A program made the position numbers and the translations under genes. 64,000 nt of DNA, from assembly GCA_039811685.1 (NCBI GenBank), contig JBDHZC010000003.1, positions 1 to 64,000 on the forward strand, written 5' to 3'. Shown here piece by piece: positions 29,039-38,663 of this stretch (positions within the stretch are counted from its first letter, which is position 1; each line of letters begins with the position of its first letter). The stretch comes from Armatimonadota bacterium (GTDB lineage Bacteria > Armatimonadota > UBA5829 > DSUL01). The notes under the pieces were generated by a model. It was not told the origin of the DNA. It made no database searches and saw only the letters and a program-made list of their open reading frames with translations.

Positions 29039-30844
29039 TCAGCGCTGAAAAATCTTCTCCAGGCTCAGATGGTCGAGCTTGACGATGATCGGCCGGCCGT
29101 GCGGGCAGACGTACGGATTTTCGCACTCCATGAGCTGCTCAAGCAAAGAGCGGATTTCCGGCTCGCTCATCTTGTCGCCGGCCTTGACTGCCGCTTTGCA
29201 GGCGGCTGAGGTCACTACGGCCTCTCGCGGTGAGAGCATCTTCTTCTCGACTGCCAACTCGACAAGTTCAGAGGCGATATCGCGAAGTGTGGGCTCCAGG
29301 CGGGCAGGCGGTATTCCGGCAGGCGCTCCTCGCATCAACACCGTATCCGGCCCAAACTCCTCCAGGACGAATCCGAGTTCGCGCAGCTCCTTCAAACGCT
29401 CCATCATCACCAGCGCCTCGCGCCGTGAAAGCTCCAGGGAGACTGGCACAGCCAGCATCTGTACCGGGTTCTCGGTCGATCGCCGCCGGAACCGCTCGTA
29501 GAGCACGCGCTCGTGTGCAACGTGCTGATCGATAATAGCCATCCCTTCGCGCGTCTCAGCCACGATGTAGGTGTTGGCGATTTGTCCGAGAATCCTGATA
29601 GTGCCCACGTCCAGGCGCTGATCCAGAAAAGGCACAGTTTCTTCAGAGACAGCAGCGGATTCGGCCGTGGGCGCAGGCGCTGCGGCGCTTTCAGCAGGGG
29701 CGTAGATGCTCACGGCCGCTCGATCGGCGCTGGTTGACAGCGCCGCTGGTCCCGCTTCAAATTCGAATCTCGGGGCGTGCTGTTGCGCTTGCACACCCAC
29801 CGGAGCCGGGGCGATGCGGGGGACAAGCCCCTGCGCCACAAGTCCGTCGCGCAGGGCGTGAAACACCACCGAATGCGCCTCGTGTTCACGTACGAACTTC
29901 ACTTCCGCCTTTCGCGGATGCACATTGACGTCCACCAGGTCCGGCGCAATGTCAATCAGGACGACTGCAATCGGAAATCGGCCGTGCGGAAGCAGCCCGT
30001 GATATGCCTCATCCACCGCGTGCGACAGGGTGCGGCTGCCGATAGGCCGGCCGTTGACAAAGATGAACTGCTGCGTGCGGTTGGGGCGCGTGCGGGTCGG
30101 TGGCGCGAGATAGGCTCGCACGCGCAAGGTTGCCTCCACGCTGATCGGGATCAGCTCTCGCGCTATGTGCCGCCCAAAGACAGAAACCAGCGCCGTGACG
30201 TCGTCTCCTCCGGGGTGCACAAAGCTCTCCTGGGTTGCGTGCCTGACGGAGAACGCAACGTCAGGGCGAGCCAGCGCCAGGCGTTGTACAAAGTCCAGTG
30301 AGCGCTGAAGCTCTGTTTGTGAGCTTTTCAGGAACTTGAGCCGGGCGGGAGTGTTCTCAAAAAGGCGCGCGACCCGCACAGTGGTCCCAGCGGGCGCTGA
30401 GGCCGCGCCTTCGTCTGTGACGATCCCGCCCTTGATCAGAATGCGCGCTGCGGAAGTATCCTGCTCCCGCCTTGTGAGGATCTCAAACTCGGACACAGAA
30501 GCGATGCTGGGAAGCGCTTCGCCTCGAAAGCCGTAGGTGCTGATGCTGAAAAGGTCGTCAGCGGTGCAGATTTTGGACGTTGCGTGGCGCTGAACGGCAA
30601 TCCAGAGCTCCTCAGCGCCCATGCCTGCGCCGTTGTCTGACACCTGAATGAGCTGCTTTCCGCCATCTTCCAGAATAACTGATATCTGTGTCGCGCCTGC
30701 GTCCAGCGCATTCTCCACCAGCTCCTTCACAACTGAAGCCGGGCGCTCGACCACCTCACCGGCGGCTATCCTGCTGGCGATCTCCGGCAGCAGAACTGAG
30801 ATGGCTCTGGGTGGCTTCCAGACTGTGGGTTCAGACACGCTCAT
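29039..30844 (-). CDS. mutL: DNA mismatch repair endonuclease MutL
   Basis: IAAGEVVERPASVVKELVENALDA, GFRGEAL, DQHVAHE, CPHGRP; start 30844 or 30856. Confidence 0.98.
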   Translation of the reverse strand: MSVSEPTVWKPPRAISVLLPEIASRIAAGEVVERPASVVKELVENALDAGATQISVILEDGGKQLIQVSDNGAGMGAEELWIAVQRHATSKICTADDLFSISTYGFRGEALPSIASVSEFEILTRREQDTSAARILIKGGIVTDEGAASAPAGTTVRVARLFENTPARLKFLKSSQTELQRSLDFVQRLALARPDVAFSVRHATQESFVHPGGDDVTALVSVFGRHIARELIPISVEATLRVRAYLAPPTRTRPNRTQQFIFVNGRPIGSRTLSHAVDEAYHGLLPHGRFPIAVVLIDIAPDLVDVNVHPRKAEVKFVREHEAHSVVFHALRDGLVAQGLVPRIAPAPVGVQAQQHAPRFEFEAGPAALSTSADRAAVSIYAPAESAAAPAPTAESAAVSEETVPFLDQRLDVGTIRILGQIANTYIVAETREGMAIIDQHVAHERVLYERFRRRSTENPVQMLAVPVSLELSRREALVMMERLKELRELGFVLEEFGPDTVLMRGAPAGIPPARLEPTLRDIASELVELAVEKKMLSPREAVVTSAACKAAVKAGDKMSEPEIRSLLEQLMECENPYVCPHGRPIIVKLDHLSLEKIFQR

Positions 30845-31121
30845 GCTCTCACTCATTATACCGGAGGCAGCGCTTGCCCTGCAGACTCCCGGGCGCCGTC
30901 TTGCTCCCTAATGCAGGCGCTTACCCGAACGCCTTGTGCCCACAACAGATAAGTTCTATACCGCTCAAACAGAGCATCGCGAGCGCCCGCGTAATCATCT
31001 TTCTGACAGTGAGACCGTGAGGGTGCTGCTGTTGCTCGGAGGGTGGCAGGAAGGCCGCGCCGTCTCAGGGAACAAGATTCCGGCACAAGCGTAATTCCAG
31101 TTACCGCTGCCTGCCAGGCGG

Positions 31122-31982
31122 TTGTGCCCGTTTCGCAATGAGCGCGGCGCGCCGAGTTCGCAACAGAGGTGCAGCTTGTGGAAAAGATTTTACAGCTTCT
31201 GCTATAACGACCGCCTGATTGCCGGCGGCGTGATATTCTTTCTGGTGGTTGCGGCCCTGAGCGCTGTGGCAACACTCGTTGGAGTGCTGTCTCATTCACC
31301 TGACAACCTCGAGCCTGTGCCTGCCTCCAGCGCCGCAGTACCAGCCCGAACTCCAAGCCCGCATCCATCCCCTGCTTCCTCGACTGCCGCGCCTGAAAGA
31401 GCCACTCCAGGCACGGCTGCCTACTCACCGCCGCCGCCACAACCCCGTTCCGTGGCTTCTGGGCAAAGTTACCCCGGCTCTCGAAACAGTCCGGACTCAC
31501 AGGAAGGCCCGGTACTCCCGTCACCTGTCTCATCAAGTCAGCCGCCTGTTGAGACCTCAGGCGCTCAGGCGGTTCAGCCTCATTCTCCCACTCAAAACGG
31601 GCCAGAGCGGGCGCAGGCGAGGGAGGCAGATCAGAGCGAGCGCATCCGGCGGCTACAGGAAGAAAACGAGCGCAACTTACGCGAGATGCGAGCTGCGCAG
31701 GAGGAGCAGCAGCGGCAGAACGACCGGCAGATAAGAGAGATGCGGCGGCAGCAGGAAGAAGAGGAACGGCAAAATCAGCGGCAGCTTGAGGCTCTGAAGC
31801 GCGAACAGGAAGACAACCGCAGACGACTGGCTGATATGCAGCGAGAAGCTGAAAGGAACGCTCCAGTCACGTGGAAGTGCTCAAAGTGCAACATGATCGT
31901 GACAGTGCCGAAAAGCAAAGGGCAGCCGTCCTCCTTTGACTGCCCATCCGGTGGTTTTCACTCCTGGAGACACCAGTTTTGA
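31122..31982 (+). CDS. Hypothetical membrane-anchored protein: TM, Pro/Ser linker, coiled coil and C-terminal Cys/His motif
   Basis: Single TM; Q/E/R-rich helix; C-terminal CSKC...CPSGGFHSW; start uncertain. Confidence 0.6.
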   Translation: MCPFRNERGAPSSQQRCSLWKRFYSFCYNDRLIAGGVIFFLVVAALSAVATLVGVLSHSPDNLEPVPASSAAVPARTPSPHPSPASSTAAPERATPGTAAYSPPPPQPRSVASGQSYPGSRNSPDSQEGPVLPSPVSSSQPPVETSGAQAVQPHSPTQNGPERAQAREADQSERIRRLQEENERNLREMRAAQEEQQRQNDRQIREMRRQQEEEERQNQRQLEALKREQEDNRRRLADMQREAERNAPVTWKCSKCNMIVTVPKSKGQPSSFDCPSGGFHSWRHQF

Positions 31983-32016
31983 CACACGCAGAACTCCGCA
32001 AGGCTGTAAACGATGA

Positions 32017-33099
32017 CTACAGCTTCACGCGCACAAAGCGTGGCCAGTACAGGCGAGCGTCCTCAAACAGATCTTCAAACCGGCTTGAGTTGGCCACATA
32101 AGAGATGACCAGCTCCCCCGGCGCAGACAGGTGCGGATGAGCTTTCGCGGCGTAGCAGAAGACTCCCTCTCGCCATATTTTCTCCGGACAGGAGTAGATG
32201 CGCTCCGGCTCACTCCATGGCCCCCACGGGTGCGGTGAACGCCGCAGCGCTATCTCTCCGGATATTCCGCCCTCCATATAAATGCAGACAAACTTCTTTG
32301 TCTTGCCGTCCCAGGTCACACTGTACTCCGTGGGGATGTCCGGGAGCAGATGCGAGGCCTTTCGGAAGTCCTTTTGCCACTGTCCATCTTTGTAAAACTC
32401 CCATCTGTCAAAGTTGCTCATGTCGCCTTCCTGCACGCGAGCTACTACCATCGCCGAAGGCCCTGGGCTACTGAGGTTTGCCCTGCGGTTGTCCTGCCCG
32501 TAGATGTAGATGAAGCCGTTGCTACGCAGCGTCGCGCACCCGTAGAAAAGCGAGCCATCGTCAGCAAAACTGCAAAACGGGAAGCGCTTGTAGCTGACTT
32601 TCCACTCTTTTGGACTGGGATGGAGGTCCGTCACACGCGCCAGGTACTGGCCGAAGATGTGGAATCCGAAAGGTCCGCCAGCGCCCGACGGCTTAACCCG
32701 CATTGCGAAGAAACTCAGCTCTTTCTCACCGCGTACGCCAGCGAATGGCCACAGATATCCGGCGCCTTCAGGGGGTTTGAAAAGCGCCGATGACCCTCCC
32801 TCAGGCGACTCTGCGAAGAAAAAATTGACTCTCTTATGTGTCTCAATGCCAACGGAGTTGTGAATCAGGGTCGAACTGATCCGTCTGCCGTCCTTCACTG
32901 AGCCGGCAAACGTGTCCATAAACAGCCACAGCGTCCGCTTGTTTCCCAGATCGAAGTTGAACGCCCCGTCTGCTCCAGTCCACCCGCGCGTCCTTTGGAA
33001 CATCCGGTCTATTTCCGGAGCCGGGACCGCTCGATTTTCGGCAGCGCCTACCCCGACGACGACAGCAAGCAGCAGCGCCGCCGTTATCGCCGCAGTCAT
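32017..33099 (-). CDS. Secreted DUF4185/DUF5005-like beta-propeller protein
   Basis: Signal peptide; GWTGADG, TLWLFMDT, PWGPWS, YAAKAHP, YWPRF. Confidence 0.75.
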   Translation of the reverse strand: MTAAITAALLLAVVVGVGAAENRAVPAPEIDRMFQRTRGWTGADGAFNFDLGNKRTLWLFMDTFAGSVKDGRRISSTLIHNSVGIETHKRVNFFFAESPEGGSSALFKPPEGAGYLWPFAGVRGEKELSFFAMRVKPSGAGGPFGFHIFGQYLARVTDLHPSPKEWKVSYKRFPFCSFADDGSLFYGCATLRSNGFIYIYGQDNRRANLSSPGPSAMVVARVQEGDMSNFDRWEFYKDGQWQKDFRKASHLLPDIPTEYSVTWDGKTKKFVCIYMEGGISGEIALRRSPHPWGPWSEPERIYSCPEKIWREGVFCYAAKAHPHLSAPGELVISYVANSSRFEDLFEDARLYWPRFVRVKL

Positions 33100-33576
33100 C
33101 TGAGTCCCCTCCAGCCAGGCTCTCTTACTGGCTGCGCTTCAGGTGTCGCCGAGGCGCGGGGACAGTGAATGAGCTCATTCGTCATCGAAATCTCCTGCAA
33201 CGTCCAGTTCTCCTGGAAACATTCTGTCCGCTACGACGCGCTTTCACCACGTTGACGGCGGTGGGTCAGACTCCAGACGGGGATTCCCGCATGAAGACAG
33301 GCATCCGCGGCACATGTGCGAGCTTCATGCGACAAATCACGGGCATGAGAGCAGGCGCATCTGCAATATCTGCGCGTTTACAATCGTCTCCACTGCGGGA
33401 ATCAATACGCAACCGTTCTTCTTGTGCGCCACTCAGCGCACGGTGACCAACTCTTTGTTTCGGCCTTGGCGCCTGATGGATAGACGCAGAAATACTGGGC
33501 GTCGGAGAGTGCGGAGCGGTTGCCTATCTCATCCAAGTTGTATCATCATCCCGTACCAAATTTGAGGGGAGCTTCT

Positions 33577-34092
33577 ATGAACGTAAAATATCGCAGAGTC
33601 GTGCGCGCGTGCGCAGTTGCCGTTGGCGTCTGTCTGCCGACGCTCATAGCCGGCGTGTTAGGCTATGCCCATGAGGGGCACGAGCACACGCCGCCCCCGG
33701 CTGGGCAGACTTCCGCAAAAGCCTACAAGAACATAAAGGTTCTCAAAGACCTGCCGGCTGATCAGCTCATCCCGCTTATGAAGAGCTTTGACGCGGCTCT
33801 GGGGGTGAATTGCGAGTTCTGCCACGTTGTGACAGAGAATCACGAAGGCTTCGACCGCGACGATAAGCCCACCAAGCTTATGGCGCGAAAGATGATCGTC
33901 ATGACGCAGAATCTGAACAAGACGCAAAAGATTCTGAAGAATAAGGCGAGTTGCTACATGTGCCACCAGGGCAACAAGGAGCCGATCGTCGTTCCACCTG
34001 CCCAGAAGCCTGGCAACGAGCCTGGTCAACCCGCAGAGCAGCCTTCGGCATCCGGATCGGGCGAGGCTGGCAGTGAGTCTGTAAGCAAGTGA
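33577..34092 (+). CDS. Periplasmic diheme c-type cytochrome (reaction-centre cytochrome c family-like domain)
   Basis: Signal peptide; YKNIKVLK..P..QL.PLM, ALGVNCEFCH, MARKMIVM, SCYMCHQG. Confidence 0.85.
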   Translation: MNVKYRRVVRACAVAVGVCLPTLIAGVLGYAHEGHEHTPPPAGQTSAKAYKNIKVLKDLPADQLIPLMKSFDAALGVNCEFCHVVTENHEGFDRDDKPTKLMARKMIVMTQNLNKTQKILKNKASCYMCHQGNKEPIVVPPAQKPGNEPGQPAEQPSASGSGEAGSESVSK

Positions 34093-34143
34093 GTTTCTAA
34101 GAAAAACTTCGCTTCAGACTTCGTAAATCAAACAAAATCGCAC

Positions 34144-34176
34144 GCAAAGCCCGCTGGAGTGCCTGGCGGGCTTTGC
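34144..34176. terminator. Stem-loop, probable terminator after cytochrome gene
   Basis: GCAAAGCCCGC...GCGGGCTTTGC inverted repeat. Confidence 0.55.
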
Positions 34177-34208
34177 TGTATCAGGGGCGGAGCGTTTACA
34201 ATCCGCTT

Positions 34209-35183
34209 ATGAAAATCGCCAAAGCCGTAATCACTGCCGCCGGACGCGGCGCCCGTCTGTATCCTGCGGCGACTCCTGTTCAGAAATCCATGCTGCCTGT
34301 TGTGGATCGCGACGGCTTCACAAAGCCCGCCATCCAGCTTATTGCGGAGGAAGCAATTAACAGCGGCGCGCAGGACATCTGCATCGTTTGCGCTCCGGGT
34401 GACGAGAGCCAGTATGTAGAGCAGTTCAAATGTCTGCGGCAGAATCTCCTGAAGGTGTTTCAGGATGCGGACTGGGCACAGAAGATGGCCGCCCGGCTGG
34501 ACGATCTGCTGCAGAAGCTGCACTTCGCTATCCAACCGGAACCACTCGGGTACGGAGATGCTGTTTTTCGGGCGCGCGCTTTCACCGCTGGCGAGCCGTT
34601 TCTGCTGCTCCTGAGTGATCATCTCTATCTTTCTTACACAGATCGCTCATGCGCCGAGCAGATAACGGAGTTGGCCAGTGAGCAGCTTTGCTCTGTTGCA
34701 GGCGTGCAGGTCACGCGGGAGAGCCTGATTGCGAACTTTGGCACACTGGCTGGGCGGCGCGTTGAGAACCTGTCTGGAGTCTATGAGATCGAGCGTATCC
34801 TGGAGAAACCTTCCGTCAGCATTGCGGAGATAGAGCTTGTGACTGCGGGGTTGCGCACAGGGTATTATCTGTGCTTTTTCGGTATTCACGTACTGACGCC
34901 GGCGATATTTGAAATCCTGGAAGCTCAAGAGGGTCGGTCGGTGAGTCAGTCTGAGCTGTTGCTTACTCCCGCGCTCGATGAGTTGGCCCACCGGGAGCGT
35001 TATCTGGCGCAGGAAGTGAAGGGCGTGCGCTACGATCTTGGGCAGAAGTATGGGCTGTTGCGCGCTCAACTGGCGCTCGGTGAAGCGGGCGTTGACCACG
35101 ACGAGATCCTCCACGCAACTCTGGAGACTCTGGCGGACGTTCGGCTCGGGTTGCGCCCGGGCGATTCTGGTAGGCCCAGGTGA
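34209..35183 (+). CDS. GalU-like sugar-1-phosphate nucleotidyltransferase
   Basis: KAVITAAGRGARLYPA..VQKSMLP, QPEPLGYG, LEKP, YDLG. Confidence 0.88.
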   Translation: MKIAKAVITAAGRGARLYPAATPVQKSMLPVVDRDGFTKPAIQLIAEEAINSGAQDICIVCAPGDESQYVEQFKCLRQNLLKVFQDADWAQKMAARLDDLLQKLHFAIQPEPLGYGDAVFRARAFTAGEPFLLLLSDHLYLSYTDRSCAEQITELASEQLCSVAGVQVTRESLIANFGTLAGRRVENLSGVYEIERILEKPSVSIAEIELVTAGLRTGYYLCFFGIHVLTPAIFEILEAQEGRSVSQSELLLTPALDELAHRERYLAQEVKGVRYDLGQKYGLLRAQLALGEAGVDHDEILHATLETLADVRLGLRPGDSGRPR

Positions 35184-38100
35184 ACGTCTTCATCGAGACA
35201 ATCACGGCGCAAGAGCCTCTGAAGCGGCACAGGTCTCTTGAAGAGCTCCTGAGCGGGCAGAAAACTGAAGAATTATTGCGCGCGTGCGACGAACTGGATG
35301 CGTTCCGCCGCTCAACAGGCAATCTGTACGAAAAGGCGCGCGCGTGCTGCATGCTGCACGCCATCTACCGTTTTCAGCTGCAGGATGCAGGAGATGTATC
35401 GTCAACCGGGGTCGTGCCGTACGGCGCTTTTGAAGACATGCTTGCGCGCCGGTTTGGGGAGGCTGTGTCCGGTTTCAAGGCAGCGCAGGCTGAGAATGGC
35501 CCGAACGCTGCCCTCTTCAGCGCGCTTGCGCACAGCTACCGCCAGCTTACTTTTCAGATTCTCTCGGATCAGGTGCGGCGCAGTGTGCGGGCGACTCGCG
35601 GCAACCAGTGGATGTTTCGCATCGCGCATCCCGATGATCACCCCATCCGTATTCATCCCGCTTTGCTGAAGCGCTCATCCAACTCGCCTCTTTACAATAT
35701 TCTCATCGAGACCACGCCCGTTCGCCTCGATCTGTCCCACAGCGGATGGTCCGACATCTTCTTCCTCGGGATGGACTATCCTGAAGGGGCACGGGTGTTA
35801 AACATTTCGGTGGACCTGGGAGTACACGGGCGTGATGTCAGCGCCAGCGCTCCAATATCCGTGTATTTTCGAGTGATTAGCGAGCCTGTCATCCGGCTCA
35901 CAAGCGTTGACCTGGCCTCTACCAAGGATGTGACAGATCTCAACGACCTGTTCAACTTCGGAAACGACTATCTGAGCCTTCTGAAAGCGGGTGTCATTGC
36001 GTCCGGGCTGATTCCCCCATCGTTCGAAGGGTCAGGCTACCCGCTGCGGCAGATACTGGATCGCGTTGTCGGCCCGGGTATGGGCTTTGAAGTCGTCACA
36101 AGTGTGAACGACATTCCGAAGGGCTCCCGGCTTGCTGTTTCCACCAATCTTCTTGCCGCCATTATCGCCGCCGCAATGCGCGGCTCCGGACAGACTTCTT
36201 CGCTCACGGGGTCACTGACTGAGACGCAGCGGCGGATCGTAGCCTCTCGCGCTATTCTCGGGGAATGGCTGGGCGGATCGGGAGGTGGATGGCAGGACTC
36301 GGGAGGCATCTGGCCCGCGATAAAGCTCATCCAGGGCGCACTTGCGCAGGAAGGCGATCCGGAATTTGGCGTAAGTGCGGGGCGTCTCCTTCCTGAACAT
36401 CGCATCCTGTCAGATGCAGATGTGCATCCGGAGCTTCCCGCCCGGCTCTCCGAGTCGCTGGTGCTGGTTCACGGCGGTCTCGCGCAAAACGTCGGTCCGA
36501 TTCTCGAGATGGTCACCGAGAGATATCTGCTGCGCCAGCAGCCGGAGTGGCAAGCCAGGCAGGAGATGCGCGATATCTTCAACGGTGTGGTGCAGTCGCT
36601 GAAGGATGGGGATGTAAAATCGCTGGCGATGTGGACCACGCGTAACTGGGAAGGACCTCTCAAGACCATCATTCCCTGGGTCACCAACTCCTTCACGGAG
36701 ACCCTTATAGCTCGCTCGCGAGAGAAACTCGGGGCGGATTTCTGGGGATTCCTGATGCTGGGCGGAATGTCTGGCGGAGGAATGGCACTTTTTGTCGCTC
36801 CGCAGCGAGCCGTCCAATTCAGGGATGAGGTTCTTGAAATCATGCGCAGCGCAAAGCGCGAGCTCGACTGCGCCATGCCTTTCGCTATGGAGCCAGTAGT
36901 TTACGACTTCAGGATCAATGAGCAGGGCAGCGTGGCGGACATGCTCTGCGGGCTGGACGCTCTTATGCCGGTTCGCTACTACGGCATCCATCTCTCTCTG
37001 CTGGCGCGGAGCAGCCCGGATGCCGTGCCCGGCTCCAGGCGGGTGGAGTTTGAGCACTTTGTCAGCTCACAGCCAGAGGACGCTGTGTCCTTCCAGCTTC
37101 TGAAAACTGTCGCCTCGTCACTGTTTCGCGCCTCTGAGGCTCCGCCAACCGGACGAACTCAGCAGTGGCGGGTGGAGTTGGAACGGATCAAAGCTGACAG
37201 CGGCTTTGATGACGTACAGCACGAGCAAATGCGTCAGGACCTGCGCAGCGGGCGCATCGGCCTAGCTCGCAACCGCCTGCCACTTGAGTCTGACATCGAG
37301 GATGTAAGTCCGGCAGATGTCACACTGCTGGAGGATTGCGACCGTTTCCGAAGCGCTGGAGTTGAGGCGATTCGGGAAGGAGCGGTGGCAGTTCTGTCTC
37401 TGGCTGGAGGGATTGGCAGCAGATGGACCAGCGGCGCCGGGGTCATCAAGGCGTTGAATCCGTTCGCGCAGATGGCTGGCCACCACCGCAGCTTTCTGGA
37501 AATCCACCTGGCCAAGACACGCAGGACCTCCAGAGAGCTTGGCGCAGAGCTTGCGCATCTCGTTTCCACCAGTTATCTCACGCATGCGGCGATCGCTGAG
37601 ACTCTTCATCAGGAGAACAACTTTGGTTTCACCGGGCCTCTCCTCCTGTCTCCGGGACGAGCCATCGGGCAGCGGTTGGTGCCTATGGTGCGAGACCTCA
37701 CTTTTCTGTGGGAAGACATGCCCCAGGAGACTCTTGATGAGCAAAAGCAGAAAGTGCGCGACTCTGTGAGAGGGGCATTGCTGGATTGGGCTCGAAACAA
37801 AGGCGAAGGGTCTGACTACACAGACAACCTGCCGGGGCAGTGCCTGGCGCCCGCAGGGCACTGGTACGAAGTGCCCAATATGCTGCGTAGCGGGGTACTT
37901 CTGAAACTGCTGAAAGAGCGGCCTCAGTTGCGCACAATAATACTGCACAACATCGACACACTTGGCGCGGCGGTTGATCCTGCGGCGCTCGGCTGGCACC
38001 TGGCAGGTGGTCAGGTGTTGTCGTACGAAGTTGTGCCGCGCCGGATGGAAGATCGCGGCGGCGGTCTTGCGCGCATCAACGGTCGCCTGCGGCTTCTGGA

Positions 38101-38515
38101 GGGTCTCGCGCAACCCCGTGAAGACGTTGAGCTGCGTCTGCGCTATTACAACACGATGACAACCTGGATTCAGATTGACGAGTTGCTCAGGGTGTTCGGC
38201 TTGACGCGCGAGGAGCTTGAGGATGAGTCGCAAGTCATACAGGCGATTCGCAATGTCGCTTCTCGGCTTCCCACGTATGTGACCGTAAAAGATGTCAAGT
38301 ACCGCTGGGGACACGGACAGGAAGACATCTATCCGGTCGCGCAGTTCGAGAAGCTCTGGGGAGATATGACGACTCTTTCAGATGTCAGATGCGGGTACCT
38401 GGTTGTGGACAGGCGCCGCGGCCAACAGCTCAAAGACCCTGCAGAGCTTGATGCGTGGGTGAGGGATGGTTCGCGAGACTATATCGAGAGTCTCTGCGAC
38501 TTCGACGCGCGCTGA
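35180..38515 (+). CDS. Bifunctional GHMP-type sugar kinase (fucokinase-like) and UDPGP-family pyrophosphorylase
   Basis: PVRLDL..GWSD, IPKGSRLAVS, GGGWQD, GGMSGGG kinase motifs; C-terminal LAGGIGSRW, PAGH, HNIDTL, YYNT; GTGA overlap with upstream gene. Confidence 0.8.
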   Translation: MNVFIETITAQEPLKRHRSLEELLSGQKTEELLRACDELDAFRRSTGNLYEKARACCMLHAIYRFQLQDAGDVSSTGVVPYGAFEDMLARRFGEAVSGFKAAQAENGPNAALFSALAHSYRQLTFQILSDQVRRSVRATRGNQWMFRIAHPDDHPIRIHPALLKRSSNSPLYNILIETTPVRLDLSHSGWSDIFFLGMDYPEGARVLNISVDLGVHGRDVSASAPISVYFRVISEPVIRLTSVDLASTKDVTDLNDLFNFGNDYLSLLKAGVIASGLIPPSFEGSGYPLRQILDRVVGPGMGFEVVTSVNDIPKGSRLAVSTNLLAAIIAAAMRGSGQTSSLTGSLTETQRRIVASRAILGEWLGGSGGGWQDSGGIWPAIKLIQGALAQEGDPEFGVSAGRLLPEHRILSDADVHPELPARLSESLVLVHGGLAQNVGPILEMVTERYLLRQQPEWQARQEMRDIFNGVVQSLKDGDVKSLAMWTTRNWEGPLKTIIPWVTNSFTETLIARSREKLGADFWGFLMLGGMSGGGMALFVAPQRAVQFRDEVLEIMRSAKRELDCAMPFAMEPVVYDFRINEQGSVADMLCGLDALMPVRYYGIHLSLLARSSPDAVPGSRRVEFEHFVSSQPEDAVSFQLLKTVASSLFRASEAPPTGRTQQWRVELERIKADSGFDDVQHEQMRQDLRSGRIGLARNRLPLESDIEDVSPADVTLLEDCDRFRSAGVEAIREGAVAVLSLAGGIGSRWTSGAGVIKALNPFAQMAGHHRSFLEIHLAKTRRTSRELGAELAHLVSTSYLTHAAIAETLHQENNFGFTGPLLLSPGRAIGQRLVPMVRDLTFLWEDMPQETLDEQKQKVRDSVRGALLDWARNKGEGSDYTDNLPGQCLAPAGHWYEVPNMLRSGVLLKLLKERPQLRTIILHNIDTLGAAVDPAALGWHLAGGQVLSYEVVPRRMEDRGGGLARINGRLRLLEGLAQPREDVELRLRYYNTMTTWIQIDELLRVFGLTREELEDESQVIQAIRNVASRLPTYVTVKDVKYRWGHGQEDIYPVAQFEKLWGDMTTLSDVRCGYLVVDRRRGQQLKDPAELDAWVRDGSRDYIESLCDFDAR

Positions 38516-38663
38516 GGCATCGCCTACTTTTTCGCCAAGCCCGGTAAAATATCACAGGGATGCTGTTAAGATTGCCGGGGTGTCCTCCGTCTAACTGCTT
38601 TAGCGCAGTTGTTGCGCGTAAGAGGTAGCCAGTTCGTTTCACGATTGGAAAGGGTGCACTTCG

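Noticed and set aside
33100..33576. Possible small gene or ncRNA in a long intergenic gap
   Set aside because: The short ORFs lack SD and motifs, and no recognisable RNA family structure was seen
33577..34092. Evidence of phototrophy from the PufC-like cytochrome
   Set aside because: Only two hemes, and no puf/bch genes in the window
37262..38314. Long antisense or alternate-frame ORFs (also 4217-5158, 38724-39743, 47929-49074, 62784-63620, 63025-63792)
   Set aside because: Shadow ORFs over well-supported genes in GC-rich DNA, with no recognisable motifs
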